A stretch of 64,000 nt of DNA, taken from contig JBNKOC010000012.1 in the NCBI GenBank assembly GCA_050294405.1, positions 384,001-448,000 of the forward strand, written 5' to 3'. This stretch comes from Fibrobacteria bacterium (GTDB lineage Bacteria > Fibrobacterota > Fibrobacteria > UBA11236 > JADFYW01). A model generated the notes under the pieces. The model was not told the DNA's origin and searched no databases. It worked only from the letters and a program-made list of their open reading frames with translations. The position numbers were made by a program, and so were the translations under genes. Numbering within the stretch: position 1 is the stretch's first letter; every line of letters begins with the position of its first letter. Below, piece after piece: positions 36,701 to 44,695 of the stretch.

Positions 36701-37062
36701 AATGGGATGCTGCCGCGAAGGAGAAGTTAAGTCAAGTTCCAGAGGGAATTGTGCGGAATATGACCAAAGGCCGGGCAGAACATTGGGCTCGAAAACATGG
36801 GGAGAAAATAGTCACTAAAAAAGTTCTTGAGGACAAGTATTCCAGTTGGGCTCACGGGGCATCCTCTGTGGATTTAAACATGCCTTGGAATGAAGAAGCC
36901 ACTCAAAGAGGGAATAAAATTCCCGAATTTATTCGGCCCATGGTAAAAAAAGAAATAGAGCGCCAAGCTGTTAAAATGAACAAAAGCATTGTAGACAGTG
37001 ATGTTATTAATGAAGTTATGAAAAACTGGGAAGGACATAACGGGTTTCATCATGGCCAGTAA
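33772..37062 (+). CDS. Multidomain protein: split-barrel (PNPOx-like) + 2 USP + 2 rubredoxin-like knuckles + 6 PCP_red-like repeats
   Basis: USP motifs (IYVALDSS..LVVMGGHG..LGSVTQRV; VCIDGS..IIGRIG..MGSNT); CSTC..CPIC and CGLC..CPSC; six W-x(11)-P helical repeats; the N-terminal TFKNL..TPKAAI..SFQL stretch resembles split-barrel proteins (least certain part). Confidence 0.8.
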   Translation: MNNNSAAVLSSLENQELSKFSIAKDEATVSFEGNVQTFPLMELPEKYFSWINNGRKQMYDKIVKNTAGHGFFASHLPVVTTFSKSKLFPFNSSNKGVGFIPKPEYLQEYIDLFRTTMENTKGIPWEESLHKRIECVSQFYFNEDKIDKRVLSTLEIFEKQTFKNLNETPKAAIHYTGNAPDYISFQLNAAVEIIGPEDPRHEFIKLARTMFEYNSFHIYQHNFPYAYLFWISELVDKTPYRVPQKNKKVVNIKSAGGLNWSPEASESINRAPGMIRQFIRQQIEKYATDRGYTEITLDFVREAREVLERNYDEKEKKVKKQNNEDYKHIYVALDSSELANEGVDIAISLGEKMQSQLSGSHVYAAKMHDMRFRSMEGGLPEEFQKEKELNRQRKIHDSLITKGLELITDSYINVMQQKAEKAQLKFNGVSLEGRNWEMLVKDIEEHDYDLVVMGGHGVGRVSNSQLGSVTQRVMRRIKRDLLIVKKKESENLSDLILVCIDGSERSWGALKRGIRFAKSHNKKLKVVSVFDPYFHYVMFNSLNKTLTEKARKVFKFEEQEKLHEEIIDSGLAKIYQSHLNIAAKIAEEEGVEIATQLLDGKPFEKILAEINNLKPWLTIIGRIGYHSDESMDMGSNTDNVARLGDSNILIVETKDKPSVQQQAEETITWTKEATAFMEKVPVMARAVATKSIQNYCIAEGHTVVTESILLQAVKQILPEEALVRMGIIESQKTEEENLDKIALSYKCSTCGHIHHGNRPASCPICGGEGAKFLLIESDTVSNGQTLKVMGDRELIWEKAALDLLNQLPNELDREQIKSKLEKQALTKHQKNIGLKIVEEEIKARGLVVTPPKQDVIWLDEAIARVNRVPEGFMRKAAMQTVVDYAKEAGLNEINLEVAEAGLGKAREKMMGGMASGAGHPSSIQTPAADVAYKCGLCGLAFKENPPSNCPSCNDTNMEKLEGEDAQSLTENDFVSLKWDAAAKEKLSQVPEGIVRNMTKGRAEHWARKHGEKIVTKKVLEDKYSSWAHGASSVDLNMPWNEEATQRGNKIPEFIRPMVKKEIERQAVKMNKSIVDSDVINEVMKNWEGHNGFHHGQ

Positions 37063-37843
37063 TAAATCCAAATGGAAGATAAACCTTTTGCCCCGGGAAA
37101 AGGGGGGGTGGGGAGTAGTTGGTGAACCCGTACTTTTGGGCTTGGTGGCGGCTTTTTCCGTTCCGGGAATGTTAGTAGGGGTAGCTGCTTTTGCTTCTTT
37201 GCTGGCCAGACAACCTGCCTATCGGCTCCTTCAAAATTACAAAAACCCTCAAAAAAGCATTGCCCCTCAAATTATGTGGCTTGTTTTGCTGTGGACTTTT
37301 TTATTTGCTTGCCTTGGTATTGCCTGGATGTTAAACGGCTTTCAGGGGTATTTTTTAGTGCCTATGTTTATAGCCCTCATTCCCAGCTTTTGGCAGCTCA
37401 AGTCAGACATAACGGGAGATAAGAGAAATATTAACAGGGAAATGCTTTCAAGTTGCCTTCCCGGCAGCTTCGCCACATCTATTGCCTTGTTGGGGTCGCT
37501 CAATGTTAATACGGCCTGGATGTTATGGGTGCTGGTGAGCGCCAGAACAGTTCCCACTATTTTATATGTTAAGGGAAGGGTGGATTTGTCCCATAAAAAG
37601 CAAGCCCCGGAAGTAAAAATATTAGCCGTGCAATTTACAGCCTTGTTTTTAACAGGTGTTTTAGCTCTAAAAGGATTTATTCCTGAGTTGTGTCTGTTGG
37701 TTATTGCTGTATACAGTCTGCGTGCTGTTTTGGGACTTCGTTATCCCAGACCAGAAACAAGTATCAAAAGACTGGGCTATGCGGAATTGGTGTTGGGGAT
37801 TGCAGGAAGTCTTGTTATGGGAATTTCCATTGCTCAGATCTAA
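37052..37843 (+). CDS. YwiC-like integral membrane protein
   Basis: PREKGGWG..EP (variant of PxEHGAW), about 8 TM helices, ILYVK.R, KRLGYAE. Confidence 0.75.
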   Translation: MASNKSKWKINLLPREKGGWGVVGEPVLLGLVAAFSVPGMLVGVAAFASLLARQPAYRLLQNYKNPQKSIAPQIMWLVLLWTFLFACLGIAWMLNGFQGYFLVPMFIALIPSFWQLKSDITGDKRNINREMLSSCLPGSFATSIALLGSLNVNTAWMLWVLVSARTVPTILYVKGRVDLSHKKQAPEVKILAVQFTALFLTGVLALKGFIPELCLLVIAVYSLRAVLGLRYPRPETSIKRLGYAELVLGIAGSLVMGISIAQI

Positions 37844-38094
37844 AAGCTAAAAAAACTCAATATTTTAAGCCAGATACCACCATCCTCCTTGAGAATATAA
37901 GGAGAAAATTTAATCTTTGCTGGTCGTTTTAGCATTTTATTGCTAACAAAACTAGATCTTTGAAAATATTCTACCAGAGGAAAAAAACTCCCAAAGTTAT
38001 TTCCATTTTCTCCATTATAACCCTGTGTTATATGGAGTTTGGGTATATATTTTTACTGCCGAGTTAAAATTTAATTCAATAATGAGGAGGAATC

Positions 38095-38919
38095 GTGAAT
38101 AAAATTATCTGCTTGCTGGCCGCACTAGTAATGTCCCCTGCAATTTGGTCAAATCCAAAAAAAGCTCCAGCCGAACAGAAAAAAATAGAAGCCCCTAAAA
38201 AGGTTAAAATCCTGGGTGGACCTATTGTGGCGTTGGACAAGGCCAAAAACATCATTACCATTGAAAGAAATGGCAATAAATATCCTGTTCAATTGGGAAA
38301 AGAAACTTCCATGAGAGCCGGAAAGGAATCTATCACTACCGATAAACTTTCCGTTGGTGATAGAGTAAATGTGAATTATACCAAATCAGGAAATACCAGA
38401 AATGCTATTTCTTTGGACAGGTATTACTCCACAGCAGCAAAAGACACAAAAGCGCCTGCAGCACAAGCTTCCAAGAAGGAAAAACCCGCTGCGGACAAAA
38501 CCGCACAAAAGCCTTCTCCTAAAGCTGCTCCAGTAGCTGAAAAAAAAGCAGAAAAGAAGCCCGCTATGGCTGAAGTAAAAGCCCCAAAGGCCTCTGATAA
38601 GAGCGCTTCAAAAGCTAAAGAAGAAACCTCTAAAGAAACAGCTAAAGCTCCTGCTCCTAAAAAAGTAGAGGAAAAAGCTGCTGTCGCTCCGGCTAAAACA
38701 GACGCTGCGAAGGAGGAGAAAACTGCTGAGAAAAAAGCAGAAAAGGCCGAAAAGTCAGCTGCGAAAGAAGTAAAAACAACTGTAAAAGAAGCCAAGAAAA
38801 TGGAAAAAGCTGCAGTTAAAGAAGCTAAGAAAGAAACTAAAGCTGCCGAAAAACAAGCTGAAAAAGCTAAAAAGGTGGACGAAAAATCAGTTCAAGAAGT
38901 CACTTCTAAAGAAGACTGA
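38095..38919 (+). CDS. Secreted protein: small beta domain + Lys/Ala/Glu-rich low-complexity tail
   Basis: RBS GAGGAGG and GTG start; signal peptide; G.IVALD..ITI..LSVGDRVNVNY; repetitive AEKKAEK/KEAKK tail. Confidence 0.8.
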   Translation: MNKIICLLAALVMSPAIWSNPKKAPAEQKKIEAPKKVKILGGPIVALDKAKNIITIERNGNKYPVQLGKETSMRAGKESITTDKLSVGDRVNVNYTKSGNTRNAISLDRYYSTAAKDTKAPAAQASKKEKPAADKTAQKPSPKAAPVAEKKAEKKPAMAEVKAPKASDKSASKAKEETSKETAKAPAPKKVEEKAAVAPAKTDAAKEEKTAEKKAEKAEKSAAKEVKTTVKEAKKMEKAAVKEAKKETKAAEKQAEKAKKVDEKSVQEVTSKED

Positions 38920-38943
38920 TTTTTAACAATAACTAGGTAAATG

Positions 38944-39657
38944 CTAAGGCCCCCACTTAGGGGCCTTTTTTTTATTTTTGGTTGGCTGCTCAAAATAAAA
39001 TGTATACATGATTATCCAACGGGCTGCTTTCTTGGAGCTACCGGGCTTTACCTGTAATGGGCTGGTGTAATGCCAAAATGGTAGGCGATATACATTAAGA
39101 CCCGCAAAATGATTTAAACTGTAAAACTTGTTTAAATGCCCTCTGTCTTCATGCACAAGCATTTGGTATTCCACATCTGCGTGATTAACATAATAGTGAA
39201 AATCCACATAGCCATTTTTCATATGGGGCAGTTCAGGGTGGTGATCGTTGTGGGGGCCAAAATAATCTCCCTCAAAATAGCTCACAATTTGTTTGCCTAC
39301 TTCCTTTCTAAACTTGCATTGGAAAAGTTTTTCGCAAACTTTGCGGGCTAGCTGGGGAGAAACGAGCTGTTCCAATTGATATGAATTCCAAAGGGCTTCG
39401 TGCTTGGAGTTTTCAATTCTAAAGGTTTTTACCCGCATTACCTTATGGATTTTTTCCCCGTAGTTTAGCTTTTGGTTTTTGGTTAGCTTCGGATGGATTT
39501 TGGTTTCCAAGGGCCGCAAATTGGACTTAACTTTGTGTTCCATGATGGATAGCACGCGGGATGCTGTTTGGGGATCTAGAATATTAGCTGGAATAACATT
39601 AAAATTCCCGGATGGCTTTATACGGGAAAGGGCTTCTCCTACAGGGATGTTAAACAT
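38944..39657 (-). CDS. Putative 2OG-Fe(II) oxygenase-fold protein
   Basis: YFEGDYFGPHND (HxD), WHYTSP (distal His) and a downstream Arg (ARW). Confidence 0.6.
   Translation of the reverse strand: MFNIPVGEALSRIKPSGNFNVIPANILDPQTASRVLSIMEHKVKSNLRPLETKIHPKLTKNQKLNYGEKIHKVMRVKTFRIENSKHEALWNSYQLEQLVSPQLARKVCEKLFQCKFRKEVGKQIVSYFEGDYFGPHNDHHPELPHMKNGYVDFHYYVNHADVEYQMLVHEDRGHLNKFYSLNHFAGLNVYRLPFWHYTSPLQVKPGSSKKAARWIIMYTFYFEQPTKNKKKAPKWGP
38946..38973 (+). terminator. Rho-independent terminator
   Basis: AAGGCCCC-ACTTA-GGGGCCTT followed by a T run, 27 bp after the 38919 stop. Confidence 0.8.
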
Positions 39658-39717
39658 GCCTACAATTTAGCTTTTTTCTGCAATCAAAGAGACTTTTGCG
39701 CTTGTATTGAACCATAC

Positions 39718-39748
39718 AAAAAAAGCCCTGAGGTTATCAGGGCTTTTT
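39718..39748 (-). terminator. Rho-independent terminator after PFOR (bidirectional form)
   Basis: AAAAAGCCCTGA-GGTTA-TCAGGGCTTTTT, 20 bp past the PFOR stop. Confidence 0.85.
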
Positions 39749-39767
39749 GACTAATCAAATAGAGAGC

Positions 39768-42700
39768 TTATTTTGTTTTTAAAGCTTCTACCTCTTCTGC
39801 AAGCATTTGAGCGCTGTTTTTCAAAAAGTCTTCTAAGGCAATTTTGCCAGAGTCCACTTTTTTAAGAAGATTTTTTTGCGCCAAATACTCTTTGTTTTCG
39901 GTTCCGGACTGGGATTGAATCAAGCGCCATGCTTTACGGCGTTCCACGCAGAACAACACCATTTGGCGTGATAATGTGTGGTAATTGATTTTCCCGTTGC
40001 TTTCATTTTGGATGTATACGCCAAAATCAGGGACAAAGGAACGATGAGAAGGATCAAGGAATCGGCGGTTGACCACATCATCCTGGGTGATACGCGCCAA
40101 GATATCTTCAAGGTGCACCAGGTCTTTGGTTTGCTCTTCTTTAACCTTGGCATGGTGTCTTCTAAAACGCGCCTCAGTCAAGCACCAATGGGCTGTAGTG
40201 AGCTTGTACTTTTCGCCAGTGCTTTTGAATTTGGCTGTGTACCAATCCACGCGAGGAGTGGGGTTGCCTTTTATATCCAAAGCATCTGCAAAGGACTCGC
40301 CTTTAGTAGGATTGTATACAAATTCGGGCACGCCGCGTGAGTCTCTGATTAGCTGGGCTTGGGCCACCGACATATCATCTGCCACGCCGTGCTCAGGTTG
40401 GCAAGTGGTAAAGCATTGGAAGAAAGCAGTACCACGATATTCAAGACCATCCAATAGCGCTCTGTATAAGTTGGCTGAGTTGGCCATACTTACCTGGGCC
40501 ACAAATGGGGATCCATGACCGCCGATAAAGCTTTCAGCAACGCCTTTTTTCTCTGTCATTTTTCCTTGAGAGGCTTCTCCGAATTGGTTCATATCGTATC
40601 CGCCTAACATCAGAGAAGAGTCGCTATTTTGACCGCCAGTGTTTGAATAAACCTGAGTATCCAACATAAGGAGCTTCACATTGGGGCGGTTTTGCAGAAC
40701 TACTTTAGATACGTTTTGGTAACCAATATCTCCCATTCCGCCATCTCCTCCAATGGCCCAGGCTTTGGGCAATTCTTTAATTTCTAGCTCTGTCATGTGG
40801 TTGTCGGTAAAATGGGAAAGTTTGAAGTATTCGCTTTTGGTCATTACCTGTCCGGATTGGGATAAAAGGATATTAGCCAACCTTTCGGGGATAACAGAAC
40901 GACGGGAGTGGTCCATAATGAAGCTTTCCCCAAACATCCAGGTAATAGTAGAACCATCCTGAAACAGGGAGTTCATCCAGGGATAAGGATGGGGGTTATT
41001 GGGAGGCGTGCTTCCGAAAACTGTGTTACATCCAGTATGAGCTCCCATGGCCATAACAGACATGCCGTTGGCAAGGCGTCCCTCTTTGGTTTGCAGAGTT
41101 TTATGATTGTAAGCATCCTGAGCCAAAACCAAGGAAAGGGCTTCCACGTATTCTTCATCGGAAATGGGGCCATGTTCCCCCATGCGGATTAATGTATCCG
41201 CTTCATTTTCACCGCCAAGTCCCATTATCAAGTGTGCAATAGCTTGTGTCATTAATTCGTAGGCGTCTTGATTTTCGTTTTTCAGAGTTTGTAATCTGGC
41301 AACACCCATTTCTTTGAGTTCAGCCACTTTAGATTCCAAACGAGCCGCTTTTCTGTGGAACATGGGGCGCATATAAGCTTCGGTGATGGTGGCCACACTG
41401 CGAAGCACGCTTTTTTCACCGCAACCTGCGCAAGCGCCATCGCCAGATACATAGGCGTCGTAATTTCTGCGAACCATTAAGTGGTTTTTCAAAACGCCTA
41501 CTTTGGCATCGGCAGCATTTTCATCATCGTAAAAGCCAAGGTATTTTTGAGGGGTATCGGGCAACAAGTTAAGGAATTGTGTTGCGCCAATGGTTTCGGC
41601 ATTTATTTCTTCGGATTCGGGAACCATTTCCAAAGCTTCGTGGTCGCCGCAAAGCTCAACGCAAAGTCCGCATCCCTTGCAAAGATCGGAAACAAAAATG
41701 GAAAAGAAACCGCCTGAACCGGGATTTTTCTTTTCGTTTGTTTTGTATATGGCGTTTACTTTAGAATAAGCCAGAGGAAGGATATCAATGATATTTACGA
41801 ACTCTTGCAAAGAGCTTTCGGAAACGCCTTCCACGACGTTAAGATGTCCTTTTAAAATATCCTGAAAGGCTACGCTTTCTTTGTTTTCCAAAGCTTTGTT
41901 CATATCGGCTCTGGCGGCTTCTTCGATTTTGGGAAGTGCTTTGATTAAGTTGGCCCTTTCAGAAGCGTTGGTAACATAGTTAATAGCGGCAGTACGAAGC
42001 ACAGTTGCCACATCCTGAGCCGTGTTGGGAAGGGCAGTATCAGGGCATCCCGAAATACATTCCATACACTGGGTGCAATTTTCCGCATAATACTTGGGAA
42101 TCAAGCGTCTGGCCACATATTTACTGGCTGTAACGCCTGTTCCTGCCGCCATAAGGCCAACTGCAGAAAGAGCGGAAGCGGGTTGATCATATCCCAAGCC
42201 GGCGCGAAACTCTTTATCAAACATTTCTGTGGTTTGAATGGGCTGTTTGGCGGATTGATCCATGGGAGTTGGGATATTATTGTACATGTAATCATTTTCG
42301 TCGCGGGCAACCGGAGTAATGCAGCCAATTCTCATGCTGGAATTATCAGGAGCGTTTACGTCCCCATGAGGAACTTCAGATACCCGATTAAAACCACCGG
42401 TCATCACCTGCATGTTAGATTCAACTACGGCTTCTCCAAAGCGGCCAAATTTTTTGTTGTATTGGGCGCGTACAATATTTTCAAAATCTTCACTTTGAAT
42501 GTTATTGTCCTTAAGAAAGGTGCTTACTTTGAAAAAGGCACCTAGAAAGGAGTTACCTTGCATTCTCAATTGGAGATCAGCTCTGTCTGTTGCTTTTCTC
42601 GCGATATCAAAACCAGGAAGGGTGTAGATTTTAATTTTTTTATCGATAATTTCCTGACGGAGTCTTTTAGGAATACGTTCCCAGGCTTTTTCTGGAGACT

Positions 42701-44492
42701 CTTCAGATTCCCAAACAAAGGCTCCACCCTCATTTAAACCATCCAGAGGGTTGGTGTGGGTAAATGCTTTGGAGTCGCAGCACAGAACTACATCTACGTG
42801 CCTTAAGTCGCAGTTGACTCTAATTCTTTCAGGAGCAACAGATAAAAAGTAAGAGGTAGGGGCGCCTTTTTTCTCGGAACCGTATTTAGGGTTAGCACTA
42901 ATATGCACCACTTCTTTTAAATTGCCGTATTCGTCAAAGGAATTTGCTTTTTTCGCAATACCGGCTCCGATTTCACCAATAATTTCACCGAGGTTTTTAC
43001 CGGTGGTAATCATACCCCATCCTCCAATAGAATGAAAGCGAATGGCTATGGTATGGTCGGGCAGAAGGCTGGGGGTTTCGCTGGATTTAACTTCATAGGG
43101 GTGGTCAATTCCCAAAACGAAAAAATTAATGCCATCTTCTACAGTCTTGCCGTCTTTACGGGCAATTTTGCCTTTACTGTATTCATAAGCGCCCAAAATT
43201 CCTTCAGGGCGAAAGTCGCGGGAGCCAAGTCCATAGGAACCGGCAAATAGTTTAGGAGTTTCTTCAAGCGCCAAAGCGGGCAGACCATTTCCAACTCCAT
43301 CTTTAGGAGGGAAACGGAAATTTTGCTGGGCTTTACTGATGGCAGTGCGAATATCACGGGCCAGAGGGTTATCACCGGCCATAGGTTCATCGGTACGTTC
43401 GAGAATGATAACATTCTTTTTGCCGCGAATAGCTTCGATAACAGCGGCTTCAGGGAATGGACGGATAACATTAATATGTATGCCGCCAACCTTTTCGCCT
43501 TTGTCTTGCAGGTAGTCGATAGCAGCTTCTACGTTTTCGGCGGCAGAGCCCAGAGAAATAATCACCGTGTCAGCATCCTCGCATTTGTATTGGGAAACAA
43601 GTCCATAGTGACGGCCTGTAAGATTGCCAAATTCTTCATAGGCTTCTTCCAGGAATGTTAAAATAGGTTCTACAAAGTTGTTGCGGCGGGCAATTACACC
43701 GTTCATGTAATGTTCCTGGTTTTGCACAGGGCCAATCATGGTTGGGTTTCTTAAATCAATGACTTCGGGCACACGCCTACGTGTGGGGCCGAACAACTCT
43801 CTTTGCGCGGGAGTGGGGCAGTCAATAATATCGTCGGGAGCGCCTAAAAATTCACGAATCAATTCCGCTTCGTGTTTTAAAAAAGTTCTTTCCAGGTGAG
43901 TGGTCAAAAAGCCGTCCTGGATGTTCATGCCTGGAGTCAAAGATTTTTCTGTGACCTTTCTTAAGATAAGAGCCTGGTCCGCCGCTTGTTGAGCGTCTTT
44001 TCCGAAGACCATAATCCAGCCTGTATCCAACGCGCCGTATATATCATCGTGGCCGCAATGTACGTTAAGAGCATGTTTAGTAAGAGCGCGGGCTCCCACT
44101 TCTAAAACCATAGTGGAGCACTTGCCCGGAGCGTGGTAATATTGCTCTACGCCGTATACAATGCCCTGTCCCGATGTAAAGTTAACAACGCGTTTGCCGG
44201 TTACCGAAAGGGCAATAGCTCCGCCTTGCGCTGCGTGCTCACCTTCAGTTTCAATGGCTACGCGGGATTGACCAAATACATTGAGGTTTCCCTGTGCTGT
44301 GGATAGCTGATAGTTTTCACCGCCTTCGGTGGAAGGAGTAATGGGATAAAACACCCCTCCATCTGTGATACGGGCTTCTGTATGATACGCTATAAGCTGG
44401 TTTCCGTTTGTTGTTATACGAATACCAGGGTACTTAACTTTTTTCTTATTAGCCTTATCGCTAGGGGGTTTTGTGGTTGAGATGTTCGTCAT
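39768..44492 (-). CDS. nifJ: Pyruvate:ferredoxin (flavodoxin) oxidoreductase, single-chain long form
   Basis: YPITPST, QDGFLTTH, two ferredoxin motifs (CTQCMECISGC, CKGCGLCVELC), GACAGCGEK, GGDG..DIG, DTQVYSNTGGQ TPP-binding region. Confidence 0.93.
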   Translation of the reverse strand: MTNISTTKPPSDKANKKKVKYPGIRITTNGNQLIAYHTEARITDGGVFYPITPSTEGGENYQLSTAQGNLNVFGQSRVAIETEGEHAAQGGAIALSVTGKRVVNFTSGQGIVYGVEQYYHAPGKCSTMVLEVGARALTKHALNVHCGHDDIYGALDTGWIMVFGKDAQQAADQALILRKVTEKSLTPGMNIQDGFLTTHLERTFLKHEAELIREFLGAPDDIIDCPTPAQRELFGPTRRRVPEVIDLRNPTMIGPVQNQEHYMNGVIARRNNFVEPILTFLEEAYEEFGNLTGRHYGLVSQYKCEDADTVIISLGSAAENVEAAIDYLQDKGEKVGGIHINVIRPFPEAAVIEAIRGKKNVIILERTDEPMAGDNPLARDIRTAISKAQQNFRFPPKDGVGNGLPALALEETPKLFAGSYGLGSRDFRPEGILGAYEYSKGKIARKDGKTVEDGINFFVLGIDHPYEVKSSETPSLLPDHTIAIRFHSIGGWGMITTGKNLGEIIGEIGAGIAKKANSFDEYGNLKEVVHISANPKYGSEKKGAPTSYFLSVAPERIRVNCDLRHVDVVLCCDSKAFTHTNPLDGLNEGGAFVWESEESPEKAWERIPKRLRQEIIDKKIKIYTLPGFDIARKATDRADLQLRMQGNSFLGAFFKVSTFLKDNNIQSEDFENIVRAQYNKKFGRFGEAVVESNMQVMTGGFNRVSEVPHGDVNAPDNSSMRIGCITPVARDENDYMYNNIPTPMDQSAKQPIQTTEMFDKEFRAGLGYDQPASALSAVGLMAAGTGVTASKYVARRLIPKYYAENCTQCMECISGCPDTALPNTAQDVATVLRTAAINYVTNASERANLIKALPKIEEAARADMNKALENKESVAFQDILKGHLNVVEGVSESSLQEFVNIIDILPLAYSKVNAIYKTNEKKNPGSGGFFSIFVSDLCKGCGLCVELCGDHEALEMVPESEEINAETIGATQFLNLLPDTPQKYLGFYDDENAADAKVGVLKNHLMVRRNYDAYVSGDGACAGCGEKSVLRSVATITEAYMRPMFHRKAARLESKVAELKEMGVARLQTLKNENQDAYELMTQAIAHLIMGLGGENEADTLIRMGEHGPISDEEYVEALSLVLAQDAYNHKTLQTKEGRLANGMSVMAMGAHTGCNTVFGSTPPNNPHPYPWMNSLFQDGSTITWMFGESFIMDHSRRSVIPERLANILLSQSGQVMTKSEYFKLSHFTDNHMTELEIKELPKAWAIGGDGGMGDIGYQNVSKVVLQNRPNVKLLMLDTQVYSNTGGQNSDSSLMLGGYDMNQFGEASQGKMTEKKGVAESFIGGHGSPFVAQVSMANSANLYRALLDGLEYRGTAFFQCFTTCQPEHGVADDMSVAQAQLIRDSRGVPEFVYNPTKGESFADALDIKGNPTPRVDWYTAKFKSTGEKYKLTTAHWCLTEARFRRHHAKVKEEQTKDLVHLEDILARITQDDVVNRRFLDPSHRSFVPDFGVYIQNESNGKINYHTLSRQMVLFCVERRKAWRLIQSQSGTENKEYLAQKNLLKKVDSGKIALEDFLKNSAQMLAEEVEALKTK

Positions 44493-44695
44493 TGATACTC
44501 CTAACTTTCTTTCAAATTAACCAAAATTCAACTTTTATCAGCTGATAAATTTAGCTTAGATATAGCCAAAATCCAGATCATACATTCCAGGCTGAAGGCT
44601 CCCAAAAATCAGCTCCAAACAAATTTATTTGAGCTTGAAACAACTAGTTTCAAGCCGCTATAAAGAATAGCAATTTACCCAAAAATCAGCTAATT

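Noticed and set aside
32489..37062. Photosynthesis or chlorophyll synthesis inferred from PCP_red-like domains
   Set aside because: Only the small C-terminal module is present; no BchL/N/B catalytic domains.
38430..38900. CRISPR or tandem DNA repeat
   Set aside because: The repetition is imperfect and codon-level, explained by the Lys/Ala/Glu-rich protein tail; there is no repeat-spacer structure.
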